Counted from the first letter of the stretch, positions 29,496 through 39,668 are shown. The stretch is DNA of 64,000 nt from Calditrichales bacterium (GCA_965267575.1 OZ254086.1:480001-544000); one strand, 5' to 3'. Notes: generated by a model from the sequence alone, not told the origin. Program-made: numbers and translations.

Positions 29496-30788
29496 ATGAC
29501 GCCTATAAAAGTCAATTCAGGCCTGGAAGCGGTCTCCATTATTGAATCCGGCGAGTGGATTTATACGCACTCTATGGCCGCGACACCTGTTTTATTGCTG
29601 GATTCTTTATACAAGCATGTTATTAAAAATGATAAAAAAGACGTGACGGTAATGCAGTTGCACACCGAGCAGCCCGGTGAGATCGACGCGGAAGAGCTCG
29701 AGGGTCATATTCGTAACCGTTGCTTTTTTGTAGGTTCTCCCACACGTAAACTGGTGCAGGCCGGCCAGGCCGATTATGTGCCGATTTTTCTTTCGGAAGT
29801 ACCTAAGCTGTTCCGCCGCAATTATCAGCACGTGGACACGGTGCTGGTACATGTTTCACCACCTGACAAGCATGGCAACTGCACACTGGGCATTTCCGTG
29901 GAGGCCACAAAAGCCGCCATCGAAAAAGCAGACCGGGTAATCGCCCATATTAATCCAAACATGCCGCGCACGCATGGCGATTCCTTTGTGCACCTGGATT
30001 TATTTGACCGCTATGTGGAGCAGGAATGGCCCATCCACGAGCACGCGCCGGCAGAACAAGATGCCACCACCACCAAAATCGGCCAGCTGATCGCCGACCT
30101 GGTTCCGGACGGAGCCTGCCTGCAAATGGGCATCGGCGCGATACCTGATGCGGCACTGGCAGCCATGGGCAACCACAAGGATTTGGGTATTCACACGGAA
30201 ATGTTCTCCGATGGCGTGCTGGACCTGCTGGATAAAGGCAACATTAATAACAGTCGCAAAAAGCTACACCCCGGCAAGGTAGTTACCAGTTTTGCCATGG
30301 GTACCAAGCGTCTTTATGAATTTATCGATGACAACCCGGAAGTGGTTTTCCTCGACGTGGAATATGTAAATGATACCAGCAATATCCGCCGCAATAAAAA
30401 CGTCTGTGCCATAAACAGCGCCCTGCAGGTGGATATCACCGGCCAGGTCTGCGCCGATTCCATGGGTACAAAAATCTACTCCGGCGTGGGCGGCCAGATG
30501 GACTTTATCCGCGGCGCGGCCCTCTCAGAAGGTGGTAAAGCGATTATAGCCCTGCCGTCTACAGCGCGCAACGACAGCATCTCGCGTATTGCCCCGACAC
30601 TCATGCCCGGCGCCGGCGTGGTTACTACCCGCGCCCACGTGCACTACATCGTTACCGAATACGGCGTGGCCGAACTGCACGGCAAAACCCTGCGTGAAAG
30701 GGCCAAGGCATTGATAGATATCGCCCATCCCAAATTCCGCGAAGACCTGGAAAAAGCGGCCCGTGAACAATGGGGTCTGAAACTGTAG
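29496..30788 (+). CDS. Acetyl-CoA hydrolase / 4-hydroxybutyrate CoA-transferase family
   Basis: LQMGIGAIP, GIHTEMFSDG, SGVGGQMDF, IAHPKFR. Confidence 0.95.
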   Translation: MTPIKVNSGLEAVSIIESGEWIYTHSMAATPVLLLDSLYKHVIKNDKKDVTVMQLHTEQPGEIDAEELEGHIRNRCFFVGSPTRKLVQAGQADYVPIFLSEVPKLFRRNYQHVDTVLVHVSPPDKHGNCTLGISVEATKAAIEKADRVIAHINPNMPRTHGDSFVHLDLFDRYVEQEWPIHEHAPAEQDATTTKIGQLIADLVPDGACLQMGIGAIPDAALAAMGNHKDLGIHTEMFSDGVLDLLDKGNINNSRKKLHPGKVVTSFAMGTKRLYEFIDDNPEVVFLDVEYVNDTSNIRRNKNVCAINSALQVDITGQVCADSMGTKIYSGVGGQMDFIRGAALSEGGKAIIALPSTARNDSISRIAPTLMPGAGVVTTRAHVHYIVTEYGVAELHGKTLRERAKALIDIAHPKFREDLEKAAREQWGLKL

Positions 30789-30817
30789 GCTTGTATTGAC
30801 TTTTCGAACCGATCTCA

Positions 30818-30853
30818 AGCCCTTCCTTTAATCTTCAGGGAAGGGCTTTTTTT
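30818..30853 (+). terminator. Intrinsic terminator
   Basis: AAGCCCTTCC-loop-GGAAGGGCTTTTTTT. Confidence 0.75.
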
Positions 30854-30934
30854 CCTTTTCTTGATCTTTCTCTTTAATCTACGGCTAAAGCAAAATACCG
30901 TTTATAAAAAACGTTTTTACCCTACACGTCAGGG

Positions 30935-31143
30935 ACCGATTTATCGGTGTTTACAGAGAAGTTAGCCGCCATAATAAACCGATGAATCGGTTGCCAGGCA
31001 GATCTTGTTTGCATCAAATCCCACGACTGAAGTCGTGGGTTAACGTGCTTGGCGTAATAGCTGCTTTGCCTGCACGCCAAACGCCGAAGGCGTGGCAGGA
31101 TTATAGCCAGGAGCAGCACAAAATCCTTCAATCCCGAAGGGAT
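30935..31143. repeat. Cluster of five short palindromes (REP/BIME-like)
   Basis: ACCGATTTATCGGT, AACCGATGAATCGGTT, CCCACGACTGAAGTCGTGGG, ACGCCGAAGGCGT, ATCCCGAAGGGAT. Confidence 0.75.
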
Positions 31144-31382
31144 GGCATTAACCCAAGCCCTTATTAAACCCATTCCAAACCCCTTCCCTAAATTTTAGGG
31201 AGGGCTTACTTTCCTCTTTTTCTCGTTTTCTTTCCTTTGGCATGGCAAGAAAGATCACGATAGTACAAACCTCAAGACCGCCTGACCTCAGGACATCAAG
31301 ACTCTCCAAAAACAATCAAGAAAGTTGACATCCGACCGAAGATAAGGGGCTGAAATCAAACCGGTCTAACACGGAAAAGAAA

Positions 31383-31940
31383 ATGAACATCCGCGGAAAA
31401 CGCGTGCTGTTGCGCGCCATCGAAGAAGACGATTTACAACTGCTGCAAAAGTGGGCCAATGAGCCGGAGATCTGTTACCTGCTGGCAGGCTGGCATTTTC
31501 CCACTTCGGCAAAGGACCAGATGGAATGGTTCAACCGCCTGTCGGTTTCTTCCAACCATCAGCGCTTTGCCATTGAAACGCCGGATATGGGACTGATAGG
31601 CACAGCCAACCTGGTGGATATCAACTGGAAAGATCGTAATGCTTTCCACGGCATGATGCTGGGGGATAAAGACATCCGCGGCAAGGGCTATGGCACCGAT
31701 ACGATTCTGGCCGTGATGCGCTATGCCTTTGAAGAACTTGGTCTGCAGCGGCTGGATGGTTCTATGATCGAATACAACCAGGCCTCGCTGGGCGTCTACA
31801 TTAAAAAATGCGGCTGGGTGGAAGAAGGACGCCAGCGCCAGTGGTATTTCCGCAAAAACAAATGGTGGGACAAAGTGGTCGTGGGTGTTACCCGCGGCGA
31901 CTATGAAGCGCTGATCAAAAAAACAGGCTACTGGGATTGA
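31383..31940 (+). CDS. GNAT N-acetyltransferase (RimL/PseH-like)
   Basis: LRAIEEDD, RGKGYGT, YAFEELGL, N.AS...KCGW..EG. Confidence 0.9.
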   Translation: MNIRGKRVLLRAIEEDDLQLLQKWANEPEICYLLAGWHFPTSAKDQMEWFNRLSVSSNHQRFAIETPDMGLIGTANLVDINWKDRNAFHGMMLGDKDIRGKGYGTDTILAVMRYAFEELGLQRLDGSMIEYNQASLGVYIKKCGWVEEGRQRQWYFRKNKWWDKVVVGVTRGDYEALIKKTGYWD

Positions 31941-31941
31941 A

Positions 31942-32841
31942 GTGACAGGCGACGAGAAAAAAATCTTGATTACCGGCGGTAGTGGCTACCTGGGCAGCGC
32001 CATAAGTCAGCAACTTTTACAAAGCGGCCATGGCGTCCACATCCTGGACATAATGCCCCCTGCCTTCAGTCACCCCGGGCAGCATTTTTTCCGCGGCGGC
32101 GTCGGCGACAGCACCGTTGTGAAGGAAAGCCTCGACGGTTGCGACTCCGTCATTTACCTGGCAGGTGTTTCCGATGGCCGGGCCGGACAGAAAGATCCCG
32201 AAGCCGCACGTAGCAGTAACGTCACGCACTTTAGAAGCTTTCTAGGTTCTCTTAACGGCAGTATAAAACGCTTTATTTTTGCCAGCACATTTGGCGTCTA
32301 CGGCAACGATTACCGCGAGCCGCTGACTGAAACTCTGGCAGTGAACCCTCAAGAGCCTTATTCGGACAGCAAAGTTGAGGCTGAACGGTTGTTACGGGAA
32401 ACAGTAAAGCGCATGCAGGTCATTGTTTTACGGTTGGCTATGGCTTTTGGTCCGGCCCCGCGTATGCGCTACGATTTTATCGTAAATACCATGTTGAAAG
32501 CTGCCTTGGAAAACGGCCGTATCGAAGTGTGGGGGGGGCGGCAGCGGAGACCGCAAATTGCCACCGGTGACGTCGCCATGGCCATACAGAAACTGCTCGA
32601 TGCGCACCTGCCCGGAAATTATAACCTCTATAACCTTGGTGGAAGTAATCCCTCGTTAGTGGAGATGGCGCGACAAATCCGCGAAGCGGTGAACGACGTA
32701 GAGATCGTAAAAAAGCCGGGCCGGGAGAATGAAAACAGCTTTGAACTGGACTCAACAAAAATCGAGCGCGAGCTGGGCATCACCTGCCCGACAACAATCA
32801 CGCAAGCCGCGGCGGAAATGGTAGCGTATTTGAATAAATGA
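31942..32841 (+). CDS. NAD-dependent epimerase/dehydratase (extended SDR)
   Basis: TGGSGYLG, ASTFGVYG, YSDSK. Confidence 0.92.
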   Translation: MTGDEKKILITGGSGYLGSAISQQLLQSGHGVHILDIMPPAFSHPGQHFFRGGVGDSTVVKESLDGCDSVIYLAGVSDGRAGQKDPEAARSSNVTHFRSFLGSLNGSIKRFIFASTFGVYGNDYREPLTETLAVNPQEPYSDSKVEAERLLRETVKRMQVIVLRLAMAFGPAPRMRYDFIVNTMLKAALENGRIEVWGGRQRRPQIATGDVAMAIQKLLDAHLPGNYNLYNLGGSNPSLVEMARQIREAVNDVEIVKKPGRENENSFELDSTKIERELGITCPTTITQAAAEMVAYLNK

Positions 32842-32868
32842 AATAACATGATGAGAAGAATTTTACTT

Positions 32869-32904
32869 GTCATCCCGGTCGGCGCTCGAGCCGCGCCGGG
32901 ATCC
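32869..32904. repeat. GTCAT-CCCGG REP-like palindrome
   Basis: GTCATCCCGGTCGGCGCTCGAGCCGCGCCGGGATCC; near-identical inverted copy at 41003-41038. Confidence 0.8.
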
Positions 32905-32991
32905 CCGGGTTTGGCAGGCTCCCGGATCTCTCACGTGCTTTCTGGAAGACAAAAATGGTTTTGATGGCGAATCGTTATTAAAGGAAAAAGT

Positions 32992-33933
32992 ATGAACTGG
33001 AAAAAAATGGGCAATATCTACTGCCCTGATGAAAAACACCCGGTGGTAAAAAGTCACGCCGCCCTACCTGTGGCAGACCTTCTGAATGAAAAACGCGCCC
33101 GCATTTACTTTGCCGGCCGTGACGAAAAAGGCCGCAGCACACCCACATTTATTGACGTAGAGGCAAATAAGCCCTCAAACGTTTTATACCAGCACGACAA
33201 ACCAATCATGGATTTGGGCGCCCGTGGTACATTTGATGACAACGGCATAATGCCTTCCTGCATCGTGAATAGCAGCGGCAAAAAATGGCTCTACTACATC
33301 GGCTGGAACCCGCAGGTGACCGTTTCCTATCGCCTAAGCATCGGGCTGGCCGTGAGCGAAGACGGCGGCGTTACTTTCAAGCGCGTTTCGCAGGGTCCGG
33401 TGCGCGACCGTTCCATCCATGAACCCTTTTTTAATACAGCCCCCTGGGTTTTGAAGGAGGGCGACAAATGGCACATGTGGTACGTCTCCTGCACCGGCTG
33501 GAAGATGATCCACGACTGGCCCGAGCCGCTCTACCTGATCCGCCACGTCACTTCGCCCGACGGCAAAGAGTGGCACCGTCCCGGCACCATCTGCATCGAC
33601 TACGACGATTTCACCGAAGCCATCGGCAAGCCCTACGTTTACCGTGAAGGCAATCGCTACAAAATGATTTACAGCTACCGCAACAGCGTGGATTACCGCA
33701 AGGACCCGGCCAAAAGCTACCGCCTGGGCTACGCCGAATCGGACGACGGCGTGCACTGGCAACGCATGGATGACAAAATGAATCTAAAGTTTTCCGCCGA
33801 CGGCTGGGACTCGGTGATGATGGAATATACGACCGGCTATACGTTAAACGGCAAACACTACCTTTTTTATAACGGCAACGGTTTTGGCGCCAGCGGCATC
33901 GGTTATGCCGTGGCTGACTTTGCGGGGGAATAA
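32992..33933 (+). CDS. Five-bladed beta-propeller glycoside-hydrolase-like protein
   Basis: Repeated Asp-box-like S.DGxxW/F motifs; FDDNG, LYYIGW, FYNGNGFG; no signal peptide. Confidence 0.7.
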   Translation: MNWKKMGNIYCPDEKHPVVKSHAALPVADLLNEKRARIYFAGRDEKGRSTPTFIDVEANKPSNVLYQHDKPIMDLGARGTFDDNGIMPSCIVNSSGKKWLYYIGWNPQVTVSYRLSIGLAVSEDGGVTFKRVSQGPVRDRSIHEPFFNTAPWVLKEGDKWHMWYVSCTGWKMIHDWPEPLYLIRHVTSPDGKEWHRPGTICIDYDDFTEAIGKPYVYREGNRYKMIYSYRNSVDYRKDPAKSYRLGYAESDDGVHWQRMDDKMNLKFSADGWDSVMMEYTTGYTLNGKHYLFYNGNGFGASGIGYAVADFAGE

Positions 33934-34988
33934 TGGCAACACGCTACATCCACATCGGCTATCCCAAAAATCTTTCCACCGCGCTGCAGCGGGGTTTTTT
34001 TGAGCCGCACCCGCAACTGCTGCACCTGGGCATTGGTATTGGCAGCAATGTCGATTACATAGACGCCCACATCAGCCGTATCTGTGAAAACGACCTTATT
34101 TACGCCAAGGACTTTTACTACAGCCGCCGGCAAAAAGAAAACAAACGTCATTTTGAAAACTGGTTTGCCAAAGCGGAAAATGATTCTGAAAAGCGTGCGG
34201 TTGGTATATCGCTGGAGTTGCTCTCCTTTAGCTTTACACCGGACATGCGCGACGTGACCACCAAAGCCAAACGCGTGGCCGAATTGTTTGAAGGGGACGC
34301 GAAAATCATCGCCATTATCCGCAGCCAGGAAGCGCTGTTCCGGTCGCTGTACCGCGAGAGCGTGCGCCTGGGTTACCCCGGCAGCTACCAGCAATTTGCC
34401 GAAAGCGCCTGGTTGATGCAGGACCGCAATTTCCTGAGCGATTTTTGCTATGATCGCATGTACGAATTGTACGCCCAACACTTTGGCCGCGACAATCTTC
34501 TGTTTCTGCCCATTGAAGAGGTACGCGCCGCAAACGGCGAACTGGTCAAAAACGGCGACCGTCTTTTACTGATAGAAAAAGTAGCGCACTTCTTGGGCGT
34601 GGACTACCTACAGCACGAACTGCCCCGCCAAAACGATCCGCTAACCGACGCGGTGCTGATTGAAAAACGTGAACTCAACGCCCGGGTGCGCCACGAAATT
34701 GGCAACGACCTGCTGGGCCGCGGGGCCAACTTCCACCGCATCAAGCATCACATCACCGACGTTTTAGGCTGGCCCTGGGATGAAAAATTTATCCACCGCG
34801 ATGTGATCCACAAAAGGCAAACCATCGCCTGGGCAGAGCAACTGGCAGGAAATGCCAAAGTGGATTACACCCTGCCCGACATGCTGCGCCAAAAGCTGGC
34901 CCAATTCTACGGCGAATCAAACAGGCGTTTCCAAAAGATTAGCGGCGTTAAAATCAGCGACGCTTACCATACGGTTTTTTCCGGCTAA
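33933..34988 (+). CDS. Sulfotransferase-family protein
   Basis: 5'-PSB-like HIGYPKNLST; KIIAIIRSQ...RSLY 3'-PB-like motif; FGRDNLLFL. Confidence 0.7.
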   Translation: MATRYIHIGYPKNLSTALQRGFFEPHPQLLHLGIGIGSNVDYIDAHISRICENDLIYAKDFYYSRRQKENKRHFENWFAKAENDSEKRAVGISLELLSFSFTPDMRDVTTKAKRVAELFEGDAKIIAIIRSQEALFRSLYRESVRLGYPGSYQQFAESAWLMQDRNFLSDFCYDRMYELYAQHFGRDNLLFLPIEEVRAANGELVKNGDRLLLIEKVAHFLGVDYLQHELPRQNDPLTDAVLIEKRELNARVRHEIGNDLLGRGANFHRIKHHITDVLGWPWDEKFIHRDVIHKRQTIAWAEQLAGNAKVDYTLPDMLRQKLAQFYGESNRRFQKISGVKISDAYHTVFSG

Positions 34989-35000
34989 CCCCGGCCAAAG

Positions 35001-37928
35001 CTACAAGTCCAACGGCAATTCAAAACTGTAGAAGAAGCGGAAATCAAGACGATCTTCACCCGGGAAAGGATCGCTGATGTAAACGGGGAAAATCAACTGA
35101 AATGCTTCTCCGCCCAGCTTTACACCAGTCTCGGCAAAAAAGCGGGCGTCCGGTATCTCGTCCAACGTTGCAGCCAATGACCCAACCCGACCATACACTT
35201 TTGGGACAAGCGGCAGATCAAACTCCAGGCCGGCGGCAAAACCGGCATTGTTTTTGAGATAGGTACGCCTGTAACTGCTGTAACCCAGCATCTTCATCCC
35301 CTCATTCATAGAAAAATGACGCAAGGGACCGGCACTGCCGCGGTAGGCCGGAACAAATTCTTCATGCTTTGGATCAACCCCGCCGCCGGCAAAAATCATC
35401 TCCTGCGAAGGAATGGCATCTCCCGAAACCGACGCGGCATAGACATCCAGCGTAGCCACGATATTGCGGGCCAGGTCGACAGGCAGGTTTTGGGCATATT
35501 CAAATTTTGTAAAGTCCGCCGTGGAATTAAAGGCATCGATGCTTTTTTCAAGCGATATATCCAGGTCCGATTTCCAGAGCATGTAGCGCCAGCGGCCTTC
35601 ATATTTGATTTTTGCCGTGGTATAGCGGCTTCTTTGGTAGATGCCGGGTTCGTGGTAAACCATATCGTGCAATTTAACCGTGGCCAGTTCAACACCCACG
35701 CGGGAACGGAAACGAAAACTTTCCGCAGAACGGATGGTAGTCTTCAGGCCGGTGCTGATACGCTTCAACCCGTCCTTGTCATAAATGCCCACATTAAAAT
35801 CGCTGAAGTTAGCAATAAACCCGGGAAGCCGGTGCTCAAATGCCAGGCTGTATCCGATGGCTGATGAGCCCAACCCGTAATAAACGCTGCCCTTTGTAAA
35901 GTAATGTTTTAAAATGGGATTGCCGCCCCAGAAACCGCCGCCCAGGCGCATTTTGTCTTCAAAATATTCATAGCCCACATAAGGAAAAAAGACGACTTTG
36001 TATTTTTCAAAGCTGGGCATGGGCCGCAGAAAGGTAAACTCAAAATCGGGCAGGCCCGCGTTGTTCAGGTAATCCGATTCGTAAAAAAGGTAATTGAGAT
36101 TAACGCCGACTTTTTTTAGCGACTGCTGATGCTCGAATACAACCGGTTCATCCTCGTTACCGCTCCAGCGTCCTTCCAGTGTGTCGCCGCTTTGGGTAAC
36201 CAGGTGCACGGGGGCCGGCAAACCGCGCATAGTCCCGTTGTCCGAAACAAATACGGTGGTTTTATAGCCCTCCGCTGTTTTTTCGGTCTCATAATTTTCA
36301 ATGGAAAAATCGGCGTAATGGGTGGTTTCCATCCATTCGTGGCGGAATTTTGCAAGGTCCATCCCGGAGACTTCTTCCATCACCTGCCAAAAGTCATCCA
36401 GCTCGGGGTGCCTAAAATGCCAGCGCTCAAAATAGGTGTGCATCGCTTTTACGAAGACGTGTTTGCCCATCATCCATTCCAAGGAACCGAGCATAAAGTA
36501 GGCTTTGGCGTAATTGGCCGCGCTGTAACTTTGCGGTGTGAATTTTTCTCCGCGCGTACTCATAGGCTGGATGGTATGTTGCAGCACCATTTGGCTGTAC
36601 TGCAAATAATCCAGGTGCCATTGCCCGATATCATCCAGCACGTTCAGCGGGCCCAGCAGGCTATCGAATTTAGTGGTATTGTAGCGGCCGTAATAATGCT
36701 CCATGTAAAGGTGATCATGGTAATTGGTCAGCCCTTCATCCAAGAACACCGAAGCACGCTCATTGGAGCCCAGCATCCCCTGGAACCAGTTGTGCCCCAC
36801 TTCGTGCGCGATTACACCCTCCAGCAGGTTGTGCCAGCTGGCGTAATCAATCGCGATAAGCGTAATCATCGGGTATTCCATGCCGCCAAATGTTTCCTGC
36901 GTCCCATCAATGACAACGGCTTTAGGCCACTTGTATTTACCGACACGCTCGCCAAAAAACCACAGGCTTTTTGCAATGTACTCCGGTGTGTCTTTCCAAT
37001 CGTAGCCATTGGCCGGCAAAACACATGCTTTTGCTAAAACGCCGTCTTCCGTCACTTTTTGATGAATCATATAATCTTCGCCGACGAACCAGGCAAAGTC
37101 ATGTACATTTTTTGCAATGAATCGAACCGTTTTCGTTTTGGCGTAATCCGTATTTTTACGACTCTCTTTTCTCCATCGTGCAATATAGTTGGCGCGCTGC
37201 TCTTCGTCGCTTATTTCCAAAAGTTTTTGTGTACCGGCAATAATCGAATCATTAAACGCTTTTTCCGCGGGATTGTCCTGCAACTCTCCGGTCGCTTCAA
37301 TCACGAAATTTTCCGGAAGCGTTATACTCACGTCAAAAGTCCCGAACTCACCATAAAATTCACCCACATCGTAATATGAATCGGGATGCCAGCCGTATTT
37401 GTCGTACACCACCACCTTGGGATACCACTGTGTAAAATGGAAGTAGCTGTTGCCCCAATGCCCGGAGCGCGAAAACACCGCCGGCGATTTACCTTTAAAA
37501 ACAAGATCGATTTCGATGCTCTCACCGGGTTTTAGCGGTTCCGGCAAATAAAGCTTTGCTTCATCGATGGCATCTTCCTTCAGCTCCCACTCTAAATCAA
37601 CGCCGGCCGTTTTCACTTCTTCCAGGTCCAGGTAGCCGCGCTCGGCTTCATCGGAAAAATAAAAGTCATCGCGGCCAAGGGCCTTTTCCTGGCGGGCAAA
37701 AGGCGACGTTTCATTTTTGTAAGCATTGGGATAAAGGTGCATCCAGATAAAGGAAAGTTCATCGGGTGAGTTGTTGGTGTAGGTCAGTTTTTGTGAACCG
37801 TGATAGGTTTTTGACGGGACATCAAGGGTCACGTCGATTTTATACTCAACGTCCTGTTGAAAGTAGCCCTGTTTTTGGGCGACGAGGGGGATCGTTAAAA
37901 TTAGAAGTAACCATATCAATCGCTTCAT
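35001..37928 (-). CDS. M1-family metallopeptidase with C-terminal beta-strand-rich domain
   Basis: Signal peptide; GGMEYP; HEVGH-x18-E (DEG). Confidence 0.92.
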   Translation of the reverse strand: MKRLIWLLLILTIPLVAQKQGYFQQDVEYKIDVTLDVPSKTYHGSQKLTYTNNSPDELSFIWMHLYPNAYKNETSPFARQEKALGRDDFYFSDEAERGYLDLEEVKTAGVDLEWELKEDAIDEAKLYLPEPLKPGESIEIDLVFKGKSPAVFSRSGHWGNSYFHFTQWYPKVVVYDKYGWHPDSYYDVGEFYGEFGTFDVSITLPENFVIEATGELQDNPAEKAFNDSIIAGTQKLLEISDEEQRANYIARWRKESRKNTDYAKTKTVRFIAKNVHDFAWFVGEDYMIHQKVTEDGVLAKACVLPANGYDWKDTPEYIAKSLWFFGERVGKYKWPKAVVIDGTQETFGGMEYPMITLIAIDYASWHNLLEGVIAHEVGHNWFQGMLGSNERASVFLDEGLTNYHDHLYMEHYYGRYNTTKFDSLLGPLNVLDDIGQWHLDYLQYSQMVLQHTIQPMSTRGEKFTPQSYSAANYAKAYFMLGSLEWMMGKHVFVKAMHTYFERWHFRHPELDDFWQVMEEVSGMDLAKFRHEWMETTHYADFSIENYETEKTAEGYKTTVFVSDNGTMRGLPAPVHLVTQSGDTLEGRWSGNEDEPVVFEHQQSLKKVGVNLNYLFYESDYLNNAGLPDFEFTFLRPMPSFEKYKVVFFPYVGYEYFEDKMRLGGGFWGGNPILKHYFTKGSVYYGLGSSAIGYSLAFEHRLPGFIANFSDFNVGIYDKDGLKRISTGLKTTIRSAESFRFRSRVGVELATVKLHDMVYHEPGIYQRSRYTTAKIKYEGRWRYMLWKSDLDISLEKSIDAFNSTADFTKFEYAQNLPVDLARNIVATLDVYAASVSGDAIPSQEMIFAGGGVDPKHEEFVPAYRGSAGPLRHFSMNEGMKMLGYSSYRRTYLKNNAGFAAGLEFDLPLVPKVYGRVGSLAATLDEIPDARFFAETGVKLGGEAFQLIFPVYISDPFPGEDRLDFRFFYSFELPLDL

Positions 37929-38082
37929 GAGCTGCTCCGTTTGATTTGTGATATTACCTTAGACAGGAAAATACGGATTTTAGTTTTTATGAGTCGCCTT
38001 TTTTATTATCGCATACTTTCTCGCCCGGCATACGCGTATAAAAATCTATTTTGATTTCTGGCAGAAATCTTTCAAATTTCTT

Positions 38083-39387
38083 GTGTTATCATTTCAGCAG
38101 GCGGAAAGCAAAGTGAACCCAGGTATAAAAACAGATACAATACTTCAGCGCCACGGCGTGCGGATTGCTTTTATTTACCTGGCGCTGATCGCCTGGCTGG
38201 GTGTATTGATGCGGGCGGTGCAGTCGGGGCTGCTCTCCCTGCCGCTGGATTTCAAGCACATTTTGCACACACATTCGCACAGCGCCTTTCAGGGCTGGCT
38301 GTATACCCTGCTATTTGTGGCGGCGGCCCTGCTTTTCCTGGATAAAGAAAAACGCAGTCGCTACCGCATTAAAACACAATTCATTGCTACGCAGGTTTTG
38401 CTGGCCGGCAGCTTTGTCGCTTTTTTGCTGCAAGGTTACGCATTCTGGTCCATTAAGCTGTCGTCGCTGTTCCAGCTTGTAAGCTATATTTTTGTCATCA
38501 CAATCTGGCGCGGCGCGGACGGCTGGCACGGTCGGCTCTCTTTCAGATTCTGGAAGGTGGCCATTGTGGCCATGTTTCTATCCACCTTTGGGCCCTGGGC
38601 ACTGGCCTACATCATGTCGCAGGGCCTGGGCGATACACCCGCGTATCCTGCGGCGATTTACTTTTTTCTGCACTTCCAGTACAACGGCTGGTTTTTGTTC
38701 GCCTTGCTTGGTCTCTATGTTTTGACGCTTGATGAATCAAAGATACCGTACAACTTTGTTCGCGCTGAGAAAGCCTTTTTCTGGCTGGCCGCAGCTTTGA
38801 TCCCTTCTTACGCCATATCCGTTGTTGATCTATTCCCCGGGCCTGCGGTGCATGCAACGGCGGTGCTGGGCGCGCTGATGCAACTGGCCGGTTTGTACTG
38901 GCTTATCGCTGCCGGAGGCTGGAAAAGCCTTATTAAAGGAACGCCTTCCAATATGCAGGGCTGGTGGCTACGTCTGGCGGCTTTTGGTTTTGTGTTGAAA
39001 GTATTATCGCAGCTGGCGGTCATATTTCCCGGTCTGCACAACGTGGCCTACGAAAACCGCCACGTGGTGATCGCTTACCTGCATTTATCACTGCTTGGTG
39101 TTATAAGCGCGGGGTTGATTGCCCTATTGGCACGGCGAGGACTGCTGCGTCTGCGCGGCCACTGGGCGGAGATGGGCAGCTTCCTGTTCTGGACCGGTTT
39201 CCTGGCCACGGAATTGTCACTTGGTATGACGCCCTTTATGATAAGCCCCATGTTTTTTGACGGACTGCTGGCGGCTGCGGCAGCCATGGCCGTGGGCCTG
39301 ACGATAATCGGGGTTATCCAGTTTGGGGGCGGGGAATCGGGGAAACCACAGAGTACGCAGAGTGTGGCACAGGGTACACAGAGTTAA
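38083..39387 (+). CDS. Polytopic membrane protein with intramembrane His motifs
   Basis: About 12 hydrophobic helices; HTHSH, LHFQYNGW, YLHLSLLG; start uncertain. Confidence 0.75.
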   Translation: MLSFQQAESKVNPGIKTDTILQRHGVRIAFIYLALIAWLGVLMRAVQSGLLSLPLDFKHILHTHSHSAFQGWLYTLLFVAAALLFLDKEKRSRYRIKTQFIATQVLLAGSFVAFLLQGYAFWSIKLSSLFQLVSYIFVITIWRGADGWHGRLSFRFWKVAIVAMFLSTFGPWALAYIMSQGLGDTPAYPAAIYFFLHFQYNGWFLFALLGLYVLTLDESKIPYNFVRAEKAFFWLAAALIPSYAISVVDLFPGPAVHATAVLGALMQLAGLYWLIAAGGWKSLIKGTPSNMQGWWLRLAAFGFVLKVLSQLAVIFPGLHNVAYENRHVVIAYLHLSLLGVISAGLIALLARRGLLRLRGHWAEMGSFLFWTGFLATELSLGMTPFMISPMFFDGLLAAAAAMAVGLTIIGVIQFGGGESGKPQSTQSVAQGTQS

Positions 39388-39483
39388 AAGAAAGTTAATA
39401 GAAGGAGTCTATCCAGCGTGACCTGACCGATGTAAAGCGAGGTGGGCATACTCTGAGCTTTTTTTGGCCAAATGGCACGAGCA

Positions 39484-39509
39484 TGGATTCCTGCATGCGC
39501 AGGAATGAC
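39484..39509. repeat. GTCATTCC-type REP palindrome
   Basis: TGGATTCCTGCATGCGCAGGAATGAC. Confidence 0.7.
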
Positions 39510-39668
39510 AAGATTATTGCAAAAGTCCGGTCATCTGCCAATGCATTCGGGAAAGTCAAGAAGACCTCACGACCGCAAGACTACAAGACTGCTTGACTAT
39601 TTGATAATGATTAAGATAATGAAAATGAAAAAGATGCTACCGCACCCTTTACTAATAAAGGAGACTTA

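Noticed and set aside
30922-31173. 83-aa and 61-aa ORFs
   Set aside because: They span the palindrome cluster and read as repeat-derived artefacts
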